Shown here piece by piece: positions 12,821 to 34,700 of a DNA stretch of 64,000 bases; within the stretch, counting starts at the first letter, position 1; every line of letters begins with the position of its first letter. The notes below the pieces were generated by a model that saw only the letters and a program-made list of their open reading frames with translations, was not told the DNA's origin and made no database searches. The DNA comes from the human T2T-CHM13v2.0 reference genome, Homo sapiens, in NCBI RefSeq assembly GCF_009914755.1, contig NC_060936.1; one strand, written 5' to 3'. A program made the translations under genes and the position numbers.

Positions 12821-15703
12821 TACATGGTTTCTATAGGAGCTGCAATGTCAGTCTGTTACCCCGGACACCTAAATACAGCTCATTTGACATGTAATGGGTG
12901 CGCAGCCAAAGTTAGACTGTCAGGGTCTTTCCTTAATATTGTGAAATTGGAACTGAAAAGAAAATAGAGAAGATAAAGAGAGCTCAGTTTCTCCCTAGGT
13001 GACTGAACCTGATAGAGACAAATAGAAAGAGAATAAAGGAGATCTGCAGAGAGCCAAGAGAGTCTAGATGGCACTGGTGTCCCATAATCTAGGCCAGCAG
13101 CTTATGTCTTCCCTTCAGTTGTGCCAAGATCCCTGTGGATTCCTCATTTTGCTTCAGCTCACCAAAGAGGAACTCTGTGTTAGGAGAAAAATGTCCTAAT
13201 ATAGTACCTTAAATCCTCTAGTCTATAATTGAGCTTATTATTCCTACCACTCCAAACTACTCTAATTTCCTATCTCTGTCCATGCTGCCACTAGCCCTGT
13301 AATAGTCATACAATTGTAGTAGTCATACAGTTTAGACACCTCAGAATCAGTTTTGCAGCACTCACATCCAATTGAACATAAATGCCTCTGAGATTTACCT
13401 ATCACTTCTCTTTTCCTTCCCCATCCCTGATGCTGCTGCCTTAATTCATGCTCTTATTTCTTGATGAGACTATTTTACACCTCAAACTGGCATTTCCATG
13501 GCTGAACTGTCCTCCTTTGCCTTTCTTCCACAAGATCCAGAATCATCGTCATATACACAAATCTCATCATAACACTCTGCCCCAATCCTTCAAAGTGTGG
13601 TCCATCAAAGACCTTCATCAGAAGCACCAGAATCTGCCTATATGTTTGTCCAAAAATGCCAATTCCTTGGCCCAATGCTGCCTAGATCTACTGATCAGGA
13701 GAAGGAGCTCTCCTACCAAATATCAATATGTTTTACAAGAATCCTAGGTGATTTTTAGCACTATTAAATTTGAAGAAAGATTGATCTACTCAATAAAAGC
13801 TCAATGCTTTAGTTTTCCCTATAATTTTTCAGTCATATTTTTAAGATCATCCAGCTACCTTATGTTCTAGGCACACTTAGTGCCTACTGTCCATGAATTA
13901 TATTTTTATGTCACCTAAATCTTTGTTCATGCATTTGCTCCACTTGTCTGAAATGCTTTTCAATTCCTTGTCCAGCTGTTGAATCCAGTTTGTTAATTAT
14001 ATTCTTTAAGCTTCCGTGATTGCTGGTAGTTATGTCTTTTATTGAACTGGACATTATATCATATTTATTTATGTGTCTTTTTTCCCATGAAGTTTTAAAC
14101 TTTTTAAAAGCTGGAACCACATCGTCTTCAACCCTGTAACTTCAATATCAATTACATTATCTGGAAAACAACAGACAATCAATGAATATGTGATGAGTGA
14201 AATCTGAGTTATCTCCACAATTGTCGTTTTTTACACTTTATTTTTCTGTGGTGTTGTTATAGGCCAAGTGATGCAGAAAGGAATAGAATGCAGAAGTATG
14301 TCCCTGTGGTATAGCAAAGAACTACCTTGCTTGGCTCTATCGAGCCCTCCCTGGGCTTAATGACAATAAGCCTTGGAAACTAAGACTCCTCCAAACTGGA
14401 GGGTTGGTTCCTCATTCCAAGTAGGCTATATTCATCACCAGATTTCAGATGCATTTCTGTAAACAATCAAGAGGCATTAGGAAGCAATAGCATCCACTTG
14501 CCTGCTAGTATTCTTATCTAGAGCTTATCTATGACACTGTCTTTTCATTGCTTTGTTAATAAATCTTAGTGATATTAACTTCATGAGCACTGGTTTCTTT
14601 GAATTGGCCCAGCCAACTCCAGATACGCTGTTTATTTCTTTGTGCAAATTAAACACTGACATGGTGAAACAATAAAAAAGAGGAGTGGGAAACCATTAAC
14701 ATAAATGATATCAAGTATTAAAAGTAATATAGTTGGAAAATAGGATGGGAATTTCCAGTCCTTAGTTGTAAAATAAAGGGGGCTAGCCTGTCTCTAACAT
14801 TGCTCAAATTTACTAAAAATATTGATTTCAGAAAATCTAAACATCCACACAATTAGTGACTCATACTTTTGTTCAGTTAATATTTCAGAAACTATATTTT
14901 TTATTTATTTAAACAGAAAATAGTAAAATTATTTTCACTTTGGTATAATAGTAATTTTAATTAGATTATTTACGTTTGTAGTATTTCTGACAATAGCTTA
15001 TCAGATTAATATTATAAACATTTCAAGGGTGTTAATTACATAAGGGCCTATGCTAGTTGCCTCCAGCTCTTTTATAAGGTACTGATCCATTCATGAGAGT
15101 GGAGCACCCATGACAATCCTAAAAGGCCCCATCTCTTAATACCAACACAATGGGAATTCAGTTTTCAGAAGTACTGGAAGTCCTAGCCAGAGCAATTAGG
15201 CAAGAGAAACAAAATAAAGGGTATCCAAATTGGAAATGAGGACGTCAAATTGTTCTTCCTTACAGACAACATGATCTTATATATAGAAAATCCTAGACTC
15301 TACCAAAATCTCTTAGAATTAATAAACAAATCCCATAAAACTGCAGGATACAAAGTCAATGTACAAAAATTACATTATTTGTAGCTTTCTATATACAAAT
15401 AATGAACTACCTGAAAAAGAAATCAAGAAAGCAAACCCATTTACAATAGCTAAAAATAATAAAATACCTAGGAATAAATTTAACCAAGGAAATGAAAAAT
15501 CTCTACAATGAAAACTACAAAACATTGATGAAATAAATCAAAAAGGACACACACACACAAAATGGAAAGACATCCTGTGCTCATGGATTGGAAGAATTAA
15601 TATCATTAAAATGACCATACTACCCAAAGCAATCTACAGATTCAATGTAATTCCTTTGAAAATACAAATGACATTCTTCATAGAAACAGAAAAACCTATC
15701 CTA

Positions 15704-16077
<374 letters not shown>

Positions 16078-16900
16078 CTGGAGACATCACACTACCAGAT
16101 GTCAACATATATTGCAAAGCTATAGTAACCAAAACTGCATGGTATTAGTATAAAAACAGACTCATAGACCAACAAAATGAAGACCAACAAAATCCAGAAA
16201 TAAATAAACATATTTATGGTCAATTGAATTTTGACAAAGGAGCCAAGAATATACATTGGGAAAAGGATATCCTCTTCAATAAATGATGCTGGGGAAGCTG
16301 GATATACATATGGAGAAGAATAAAACGAGTCTCTCATCATGTACAAAAATAAATTGTCTAAAGACTTAAGTGTAAGACCCAAAACTATGAAACTACTGGA
16401 AGAAAACATAGAGAAAATGCTTCAGATCTCAACAAAGATTTTAAGACTAAGATTTCAAATGCATAGGCAACAAAAGCAAAAAGACAAATGGGACTATATT
16501 AAACTAAATGGCTTCTGCACAGCAATGGAAACAATCAACAGAGTAAAGAGACAACCTGTAGAATGGGAGAAAATATTTGCAAACTATTCATCCAACAAGA
16601 GACTAATATTCAGAATATACAAGGAACTCAAACAACTCAACAGTAGAAAAAAAACCTGAATAGACATTTCTCAAAAGAAGACATACAAATGGCCAAGTAT
16701 ATGACAAATGCTTAACATCACTAATTATCAGAGAAATGCTAATCAAAACAAAAATGAGATATCATTTTATACCAGTTAGAATGGCTACTATCAAAAAGAA
16801 CAAAAATAATAAGTGCTGCAGCAGATGCTGAGAAAAAGCAACTCTTATACACTGTTGGTGGAAATGTAAATCAGTGCAGCCATTAAAAAAAATATATGGA

Positions 16901-23035
<6,135 letters not shown>

Positions 23036-25467
23036 AAACAGTATGGAAGTTTTGCAAAAAAACTAAAACTATAACTAGTTTAGTTATGGTTCAGCAATCC
23101 CACTACCGAGTATTTAAGCAAAAGAAAGAAAATTAGTATATTGAAGAGATATCAGCACTCCCATGTTTATTATTATAACACTATTCACAATAGCCAAGAT
23201 ATGGAAGCAACCTGAATGCCCATCAACAGATGAATAGATAAAGAACATTTGGTTCATGTAGAGAATGGAATACTATTCAGTCATAAAAAAGAATGAAATC
23301 TGTTCATTTGCAGCAACATGGTTGATCCTGGAGGACCTTATGTGAAATGAAATGTCAGGCCTAGAAAGATAAATACTGTTATCCCTCATATGTAAGAGCT
23401 AAAAACAAGTTGCAATCATAGCCCTCATATGTAAGAGCTAAAAACAAGTTGCAATCATAGAAGTGGAGAGAAGAATTGTGGTTACCAGAGGTTGGGAAGG
23501 GCAGCTGGGGGAGAAATAGAGAAAGATTGGTTAGAAAATACAAAGCTACAGGTAGATAGGAGGAATAAGTTCTAGCATTTGATAGCACTGTAGAATGACT
23601 GTAGTTTGACATAATTAATTTTCTTTTATATTTTCAAAAAGATAGATTTTGAAAGTTCCCTAAACCAAGAAATGATAAACATTTGAGGTGACGGATATGC
23701 TAATTACCCTGATTTGATCATTATACCTTATATACATGTATCAAAGTACCATTCAGTATCCCATAAATACCTACAATCATTACATGTCAAGTAAAAAGGA
23801 AAAAAAAAAGAGAGATTACCAGATGTGAAGAAAAAAAGAGGGAGAAAGTTATTCATGCTCTGCCAGTGTTCAAAGGCCACAGGCAAAGAGTGTTCTTTGG
23901 GCCAGGAGCTAATCACTAGTTTCAGTGAAGACACTATATGTTTGTTAAAGACAACCAACCACTAACAGCCAGGGCAGCTCACAGGCAGAGTAGGAACCTC
24001 AAAAACTCTACATCTGCTCAACAGAAGTTCAGATCCTATTTCTCTCATGCTTCTCCAGCTTTACATATGTTTCTCCAAAGCTGTTCCACAGAGCTACCCT
24101 CAACATTTGAGAACAAATGTGTATCTTCATGAACCTGACAGTTTAATCCAAAGAAACCCATCTCAAGATCAATGTTTCTTATCATCTTGTGTTTCAACTT
24201 AAAAGTAGATTCAAATTTGGCCCTTTATCCTATAACTCCACCACTACCACCAATAAAGAGCCATGTCCATTTTCTAAATCAGAATTTTGTAGCATCTGAC
24301 ATTCTGCCTGAATGCAATAAATATTTATTTAATTACTAAATTATACATCCGAGTTGACTTTAATGGAAAGAGGTATATCTTCCTATATTTTCAAGTAAAA
24401 TCAGTGCACCAGGAATACCCTTCATGATTACTCTGTTGCGTCAAGTATCAAAGGCACATATCACAGTTTAGAAACATGGTGGTATAATGGTCTCATAACT
24501 GATTCTTTACCACGATAGCTCCCAGAAATATTTTTAAATACAGGCAATAGTGGAGAATCATTATGCCAAACATAGTTCTTGGGCCACAGAAAATATAATT
24601 TAATCTTGATCTTTGTTTCCTTACTGAGTTAGCTATGCACTAGAGAAATAGCCATTTAAACAGTCAAAATCAAACTTTTCACTACACAAGTAGTTAGTGC
24701 CTCTCTTCCTTCAGCAGATTGTTTCAGCAATTTCTTTGTCCAGATTCTGTGAAGAAGAAAGTGGAAGCAATCATCCTCATCATTTAGGTAAAAATTGACT
24801 GAGTTGGGAAATGACACAATTATATGGATAACCTGGTTGGAGAAGGAGCCAGAAAAGAAAAGTAAAAAACCATCCTATCTTTATGATTCTACTTGGAAGT
24901 CACAAGGATTTACTACTTTATTCATGAAAAGTCACAATAACGACCGCTAATTTGAGCAATTACCATGGGCCTAGCACTAGGTAGGCAAACCTCACTTCCA
25001 TTCTATAAGCTAAGTTTTTAATAATTCCTGTGACATTGGTGAAGAAACTAACAAAAGATAAATAATTACATTCCTCTCCACCCCCACCACCAACTTAGTG
25101 GCACTGCGGATATGGTAGAATTTTTCCTGCTGCCTTCCAGGAGCAAGGAGCATAGAGAACATTATGGAGTGGAGATAAATAGGCAGGTAATTAGAATATG
25201 TCTGCTTCACAAATACAGTGAGGGTTAGACATTATTTTGAAGGACAGTAGGAAAAACCTAGAATATTGATATTGGTCAAGAAAAATTTCTACATATCATT
25301 AGGACTTTGGTAAAATCTAAACTTTTTTCTTATATAAAATTCATAATATTAGAGTGCCTTGGAGGCATAATAAAAATTTAAACTACCCATAGTCTATTTC
25401 TTCTCTTTCCCTGCTCCTAAACTAATTCCACCTCCAACTTTCCTATGTATTGCACTGGTGCCTCTGA

Positions 25468-25843
<376 letters not shown>

Positions 25844-27509
25844 TCCCTTCCATTCTTATACAAATATTCAATCATTTACGATACACTCAGCAATGACTGG
25901 CCTCCATCTCTTCCTTTCTGCCTCTTTTCTCCTTTAGATTAGTTATTGTATTAGTAATGTTATTGTATCGATAGTTATTAGTTATTATATCAATCATTAA
26001 TTATTGTATCAATCTTCTAATTGGCCTCTCCCACCTGAACCATTTTACACATACATATCATGTTAATCTTTCCAGAATACATCTCCAATTACAGCTTTAC
26101 CACACACACAAACCTCCCATGACTCACTGATGTTGTCACTCTGTCATTTAAAGTCTTCACAAAGCTTGCCCATCTTCACTGATTCCTTATATTCCAACCA
26201 AACTCTACCACTTACAGCCCCGGCACACCCCTGCTCTAACCACTTCAGTGTCCTTACTTTGTCTCATCCAACTGCCTAAGTAATCCTTTTCTACTTTTCC
26301 TTTCTGAAGAATTCTGTCCTGTTTCAACACTCTTCCCAGATATCTCATTTTATGTGTCACCTAACTCTGGGTCTAGCAGTGTCTGCCACACATACTAGGT
26401 ATTAAATTGGTGCTAAAACCCTTTCTTCCTGTAACTGCAGTAGTAGCACCACCTTTGATATGGCTTTTGCAGTGTTTCCCCCACTTAGCATAGGCTCCGG
26501 TTACAGCAGCAGAATCCTCACCAAATAAAGACGGCCTAGAGGCAGCAGTCTTAGTGGCTGCTACTCCTTCCTTCTCTTCTCCCAAGTGCAAACATAGATT
26601 ACCCAGAGGACAAAGGAGAAAAAGCCAGCAGGCTCAAATGAAGCAAGCCTACACCTCAGCTCCCACTGCCCCATAGCAACTTTCATGGAAAACTTGGTAG
26701 TGTTCCATCCATAACTCTTTAGAATGAGAGCAGAGATTCAAGTGAAGATAACTATCCAGCTTAAGAGTAATGAGCTGTGCTTCTGGAGAGATATCAGTGA
26801 GGACACTTGTAGATGTGAGCCCAACAGGATCCTGAGACAGACAAATTGTTTTTGAAGCAATGAACTTTGTTCTAAATCATACTACAGTTAACATGAGTCA
26901 AGCAATAGAAACTAGAGAGCAGTTTTCCCCAAAGATGACAGTTTGTGGGAATACTCACTTGTACAAAACAAAAAGATACTCACTTGTACAAAACAAAAGC
27001 ATAATTAAGATGTATATCTCTATTATTATGTATCTTATAATTTTGGAATACCAACTCATACACATGCCTTTAATACTTAATATTCAAAATTTCTATTGAG
27101 GATGTGAATACAGATGAACTTCCTTAGGAAATGCTATAAAAGGTTAAAGTCAGAAAAACAAAAAAAACTTGATGTTGTTCCTGGAATAGCAGATCACAGA
27201 GACCAATCTGGGAACCAGATCCTGAGGGCATTTAATACGCTTAGATAAGCACTAGCGATTACAGTAGTTTGGTCACGTAATAACAATTTTTTATTCTATT
27301 ACAAATGTAAACCATTTAAACAGTGCATTTCCTTCTCTAATGATTCATTTGGGGAAACAGATATCGGTCTTAAGCCTGAGAAAGTACAGTTCATCAGATC
27401 TTGATGAAAAGAAAGTAGTGAAAATCAACAGGTTTATATTCTTGGTTCTATCAGCCACAAACCTCAGAAATCATTTGTTTCTTGAAACAAAGAGTATTAA
27501 GACTTGGGT

Positions 27510-28060
27510 TAATGTATTCTTTTCACAAATATTTACTGAGTGCCCACCATGTGACTCACATGTGGTAGAAGAAAATAGCATGAAGCAACTTAGACATACC
27601 TCTTGTCTTTCTAGAGCCTTAAGTCTAACAAGGAAGAAAACCATTAAATAAATAATACCAAAGACTTTTAAAATTAAAATCATGGTAAGTACTAAAAAAG
27701 GAAAGTACAGAATGGGATGAGATTGTATTATTGCAAGACTAGATCTAATCAGAGAAGTTTCCCTATAGAAATGACATTGGAGCTGCAGCTTGGAGGATGA
27801 GAAGGAGTAAGCCAGGTGAAGGCTAAGACAGTTTTGGGAAGATACTCATGTTCTAAACCAAAAGAGCATATGCAAAGGCCCTGCAGAGGAAGGAGGTACC
27901 TTTGAGGAACCAATAGAAGGCTTGTAGTTGAAATATAGTTAGTGCAAGGAAAAGTGAGGTGATACGAGACAGAACAGTCAGGGCCTTGGTCATAATAAAG
28001 ATCTTGGATTTTATTCTAAGATCAGTGGAAAGCCAGCCAACAGGTGAACATTTAAATTGT
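27510..28060 (-). mobile_element. L2 fragment
   Basis: caaatatttactgagtgccc... gcaaaggccctg... cttggattttattctaag L2 3'-region motifs, highly diverged. Confidence 0.55.
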
Positions 28061-30945
28061 TTACTTTTTTTCCTATTTTGCATAAGCCTATATAGAGATC
28101 TTTTATACTCATCTGCTTCTTTGTGTTATTTTTTGACACATGACTACGAATAGACTTACTAATTAAATGGTAGAAATGTCTTTATTTCTCATACTATATG
28201 TTAATATAAAGTTTTTTTAGAAGCAAAAGCAATACAAGCAACTGCATATCATTTACCTACCTGTAATCTTTAGCATTATGATTTTCCTCTTGTACCTTTT
28301 GCTGATTTACTAAGTACATGAATCAGTACAATACTCTCTCAGAGACCTCAAAAGTCTTCTTACTGTAGATGAAGTTTTATGTTTCTGATGAACAGCTGGG
28401 TTTCCTCCATGTGACTTGATGTGACTCTCCTCCATGTGACTCCCCTAGCTGGTGGGTCTGCTATCCCCTAAGACAGTCATTCCCAAGCTTTGCAATTAGA
28501 ATTACTTGGGAGGTTTTAAGTTTTTTGATATCAAGATTACACCCCATATGAATTAAATCAGAATGTCTGGGGCATGGTAGTAAGGCATTCAGAGAATGAT
28601 TGGGAAAAGAGAGTGTGAAAAAGGCACAGTCTCCCTAAATGCCTTGTCTCAGAAGGGACACATATTCTGTTGGTTAGAGCTAAGTACACAGTCATGCATA
28701 TCTGCAAATGGGGCTGGAAAATATAATCTAGCTGTATGCTCAAAAGACAAGGGAACAGCTACAGGCCTTTAGAAAGTATTTAAGAAAGTATTAAAAGACC
28801 TTATGTCTTTAAGAAAGTATTAAAAGACCTTATGTGTTGCTATAAATTTTGTCCCGTTTTTTAATGACTGTTAAATGTGACTTTTCAATGTTTTTCAAAT
28901 ATTTGAAATTATTTTAAATATTTTTGTTTTGTCTGGGCTTAGCATCTAGAAGATCAGAAGTGAACGTAGAATTTTATATTAGCTTATACAAAGTTGATGC
29001 TCAAAAATGTTGGGTGATGATCTTCTGAGATGTGAAGCCATGTATTTAATATCGAGGATGAATTTTGAAGTGGGGACCATCAATTTTGATAGACAACCAG
29101 ATCTCATGGCATTTACTTCTGTGTAAGCAGTGCATGGGTGCCACTAGGTTTTCAAAAATTTATTTGAAATAAGCTATCAAAATAGAAGTTTTGACTGAGA
29201 CTAACAGATACCATATATCAAACTGAGGCAGAACACCCTGCAGGACTTGCAAAAATAATGTGGCTAAAACCAATTAGATAATTCTTAAAATGTCCTTGCC
29301 CACAAGGGCAAAGAAGGAGTCAAGGATTAGCATGCAGAAGATGATTTTTGAAGGGGACTTTTGAAGAAGCGTCTTTAAATAGAACTCTCCCAAAAAGGAA
29401 GAGTCAGGGAAGTTTCCTCCTAACCCCATGTTGTTAGAGAAGGGACTTAAGGAGATCAGTTTGTGGGCTTAATACATGTCTCCCGCAGTTTGAAAGACAA
29501 AGTGGACAATATGGCATCATGCCTGATAAATTTAAAGGGGGAGAGGCAAGATCAGGAGGTGAAGTTTGGGAAGTGCTATAACTTCACTCCCATCCTTTGT
29601 GCTTGTTCCACTGTGTGTGTGACTGCTCTGAAGTCTGCCACCCACCCAGAAGCGAGGAGAGGGCTGCCTGGTAAGTGTCTGGTATCTCTGAGATCTACTG
29701 TCTTAAGGTCTCAAGAAAGACTTTTGTTTTCACATTCCATTACATGTTTTTTCAGTCTGCTTCATTTGCTGAAGCCTCTGAAAACTCCGAAAGCAACAGT
29801 TCAGCCTTTTGGGTATTTTTACAAAAGGTTAAAATAAATTAAAGTGGAAGCCCTTGGCAAACTGTAAAACACCATAAAATTATAAGACATTATTATTTTG
29901 TGCTTATTTATCATACATACTTGTTGCACTGAAAAAATCCCTTCTCAAAACATAATATAGGCATATGTGACCATATTTTAACCAGACTCCATTTGTTTGG
30001 AGCTTTCTTATATTTAGTCTCTAGTCAAGATGTCATGGGCTTAAACTTGGCAAGGAAAGTAAAAAGCATTAAAAAAAAAACATTAAGTTCACTTAAAACA
30101 TTTTCCACAATTTTCTTTCTCTTTCCATCTCTCCCTCAATTTTTTGTTTCCCTGAAAAAAACACCAGGGAAAATATTTCAAGTCATTATTTTAAAAGACA
30201 AAGAGGAAGTTAAGTGGAGTAAGATCTCTCTTACTCCATTTAAGAAAACAGCAAATAGTACAATGGACATAACCCATGTCTGAAAATTGACATATTAATT
30301 ATAAAGGTGAGGATCTGATACCTGTCCTCATTAGGAAACAAAAGCAATAACAACAAAACCTAGTCAAAGGATGGGAAAATATACAAAACTTTTTTTCCAA
30401 CTGTGTTAGTCTCTTTTTATTCTTTTGCAACTCCCTTCCAGAGTTAAGTATTGCTGTTTGTAGGTGACGAAATGCATAAGGACCCACTTCAAATACTGGT
30501 ACTACTTTCAGCATGGTCTTTCCCTTTGCTTTAACTCAGAATTAAGACTTTTGATTTATATTCCAGACCCAGAAGTAGTTTTCACTGTAGAAGTTATCTG
30601 AAAACAGTCTATGTTTTGTACTAGTGGTCTATAACCAAACTCTTAAGATTCTCTCAGAACATTGCAGGATGATTTACTTTAAATATGTATTAAACTATGA
30701 ATGCTTCTTAGTTTAATACAAATTTAATGCATTTAAATTCATTTAAATGCATTTTATTTTTGGACTTGCAAAAATAATGTGGCTAAAACCATTTAGATAA
30801 TTCTTAAAATCAAAAGTTTTAATTCTGAGTTGAAGTAAAGGGAGAGACCATGCTCAAAGTAGTACCAGCATTTGAAGTGGGCCCTTATGCATTGCTTTCT
30901 TTCTTTTTTTTTTTTTTTTTGTATTTGTTGTAGAGTGCAGAATCA

Positions 30946-31330
<385 letters not shown>

Positions 31331-31397
31331 TCACTGAGCTCTACTGAAAGACTTTTGTTTTCACATTCCATTACATGTTTTTTCAGTCTTCTTCATT

Positions 31398-31784
31398 GTT
31401 AGATTCTCTAGAAAGCAAATGTCAACATGAGTTAACAATGCAAACAGTTTATTGGAGAAGTAATATCTTAAAAAGAAACTGTAGAAAGTAGAATTTGGAG
31501 CTTTCAAACCATGACATGAACATGACGAGGTTTCTGCCAGCGCAACAGGGAGCTCCAGAGCAGTGTGTCCAAAGTTAAGCCCTTGTTCATACCACCTTGT
31601 AACACTACTTTGCTCAGTCGTTGGCCGCAGGGGCATACTGTGAAGAACTTGACCTCTAATTAATAGCTAAGGCCGATCCTAAGAGAGCCAATTGTGGGAG
31701 ATTGTCAGCTACTATATTCCTCATAGCTGGGTAGAAAGCCCTCTTGAAGGAAGATCTGAGCAGTACATCTTAGTGTCTGTCACA
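31398..31784 (-). mobile_element. LTR16-family (ERVL) solo LTR
   Basis: Reverse complement begins tgtgacagacac...gctcagatcttcc and ends ...tgctttctagagaatctaac, resembling LTR16 termini. Confidence 0.55.
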
Positions 31785-34700
31785 GACACACAGAGCTTGG
31801 ATGACTCAAAAAAAGAAAAAGAGAAATAATTCTTCTGATTCTAAATATGTAACCCTCATTCCCTGAGGCGCAGTACTTCAAATTTAAGAACAAAGTTATA
31901 AAAACAACTAGTTAAGAAAAAAAGATCTGTAATCCTACTTACTCCTCAAGCAATATAACCCCCAGAAGTTCTTCTCGAGTAAATTTATGAATATCCAGTG
32001 GGTGTCTCACAAGAGTTCTAATAACATGCTGTTGACTACCATCGGGGATTCTACCAATTTTCCTATCTCCTAATCTAGATCACTGGATAATGTGTCTAAT
32101 TGCTCCTAAGTTAAGAGTGGTAGCTATGCCAAACCATTGGCAGTTTCACTTCCCAGACACTACTCCTGAGGATGCTACATAGCCCAAGACTGAGGGTTCT
32201 GACTTCTATTCAGGGGTTCTGATGTTTTATATCCAGAGAATACAAGGCACTGAAATCAGCATTTTATCATTTTATCAATAACACAACTCATCAACATTGC
32301 TAACATTCTGTCCCTGTGTCATCAATGTCATCACTTCTAAGAGGACTCAATGTCTCATGAAGGTTATAGAACAACAGCTTTTTGAGATTTTACTTACTTT
32401 TTTGTTGCAGCTTTCTTGCTCTCAGATTGAGAATGGCTGGTCTAATTGATAATCTAGTGACAGTAACGTATTGGACTTCTCCAAGTTTCTGTATTTCCAC
32501 TTTCTCCTTTTTTTATAGAATGAGTTCTTTCTTAGTGGAAAAACAGATTGTTGTGTTGGCCCTCTAGTATTTCAGATTTATGCAGATATTCTTATACCCT
32601 AGGATGGTCATGGCTTCACGTAAGGGCAAGCTGAGATACCTGCTACCTTTGCCTAAGAGTTTTCTCTGATTTCTAAGGAATGGGAAATTAATATCAGAAA
32701 TTAACTGAATAGCTGATACTTTTTATATACCATAATCATAACTATCTCTATAAGACACTGACTACAATTATCACTAGCAGTGTAAATAGAGTTATTCTCA
32801 ACAAATCCTTTTCCTGTCTTTATAAAGCGTTAAAGAACTCTTCCTGGCAGGATGGTGGGCCGCACGTGGCCATTATTGCTATAAGTCTGTTTCCCAACTG
32901 GGCAGAATCAACATGCAACACTCCTTATAAACAGTCTTGAGGCTTCTCTCTGATTTTGTTATGTGTTACACTAATACCACCCTAGAATATTTTCAGTCCA
33001 GCAAGTTACCTTTAAGAAAGTCAAAATCATGCTTTGTGTTTTGGAACTATAGCTTGAAGAGGTCAGTATTGGTCCTGCAGCTTTGCATTTGAATGATTTG
33101 TTAAAAGTTTTTCTTGCAGGAAGCCTACTTTCTTCTCACATGGCTTTATATGGGCTGTTACCAGGTAGGACAATGGTAATTTTCACTAACAATTAGAAGG
33201 GGCAAAATTGTGTCAGTACTTTTAGGATAGCAGTACAGAAAAAAAAAATCAGAATTCAAGACATTATTCTACTTTTCAGTCATTCATTCTGCAAATAGGA
33301 ATTTCCAATTTCTTTGGAATAAAATGAAAACCAAGGAAAGCTGTGTTTCGGTTGTTCAGTTATTCTAGAAATCATATATTATTTTCCAGGAAAAAAGAGT
33401 GTAAAAGAGAGACTTCCCTTGCCAATTCCTCTCATGCTACCAAAATAAAATACATTTGTAGACCATAGAGCATACAACTATGTTCACCTCATCCTCTGGC
33501 TATAGTGGTGATATGTTCTTCCTGTTTATCTTTCTTGAGGATATCAACTTTTCTCCACTTCCATTCTCAGAACTCTTTAATCTCACAGTGTTCTCTACAC
33601 CCTCTCTCCAGTGTTCCTCCATCACTGATCTCAACATCAGGGCCATTTAGGGTTCACTCAAGACTGCCAGGGTCCAAACCAAGACTAAAAGGATAAGAAT
33701 CTTACTTCCAGTTTGAATTTGAACACACTCCCACAAAACAACAACAACAACAACAACAACAAACCGTTTGAAAGAGAGACAAGATAAAAGATCCAAAGTT
33801 GAAGGACTAAGTAAGCAGAAAACCAAAATAACAGTAAGAAGAGCCCTTTCACAGACATAGTCCAAAGTTTGTAAGCAGAATAGTGTGCAAACATGTACAG
33901 TCATAGATTCATAGTTTCCTGAGCTTTTTCTAATGTAGAAAGCATGAAAAAAGGAGCTCATTTTTTTGGAGTTAAAGGCATTTCACACTCTTTGGTTACA
34001 GTGACTATCACTGAATGTAGCAAAACCATAGGAGCTTCAATGATTTCATTATATAAATGCTAGGCAAATTGAGCTAAGGACCATATGCAGTTAAGGGTTT
34101 GCACTTAATTCAAGAAACAATGGATACCACACATATTTATTGAGCTCCCACCGTGACAAAACTGAGCATAACTGAAACATTTGGTTAAGAGCATTCAAGA
34201 CAAAAAAACTAACATAAGCAAAAGTAAAGAATCTGTAGTAGAATCAAAATAGCAATAGATTCAGTTTGACCAGAGTTCAGGGAGGATCTGAAGAGAAAAA
34301 AAAAAAAAAAAGAAAGGAAATAGGTTAGATTGCAATCAAGGAAAACTTTAGTTGACAGATTAAAGAATTCATTATTTCATGAGGAAATAGGAAAAAAATT
34401 GAAGATTTCTAGACAGGAAAAATACATAATTAAAACTGTTTTTTAGATAGATTAAGTTGACTGTGACCTGCAGATTGGATGCTGGAATAGAGACCTACTC
34501 GAGGTAGAGACATCTCACAGCTATGAGATTGTTGCTTCATTTTCATGGACCAGAGTAATGACAATAAGGGTAGAGATAAGAGACTAAAGGGGAGAACTCA
34601 TTAAAGTAAAATAACATGATTTGGGAAATAATAGTTGATGTCATTGAAGCTCCATTGGTTTTGCTATAGTCACTGATACATACTGTAATCAAGAAGTGTC

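Noticed and set aside
31930-33720. Further minus-strand donors (gtaagt near 31940 and 32395, gtaaga near 33703) as 3' exons of the fossil gene
   Set aside because: No convincing paired acceptor and compatible frame found by eye, so they are left out of the model.
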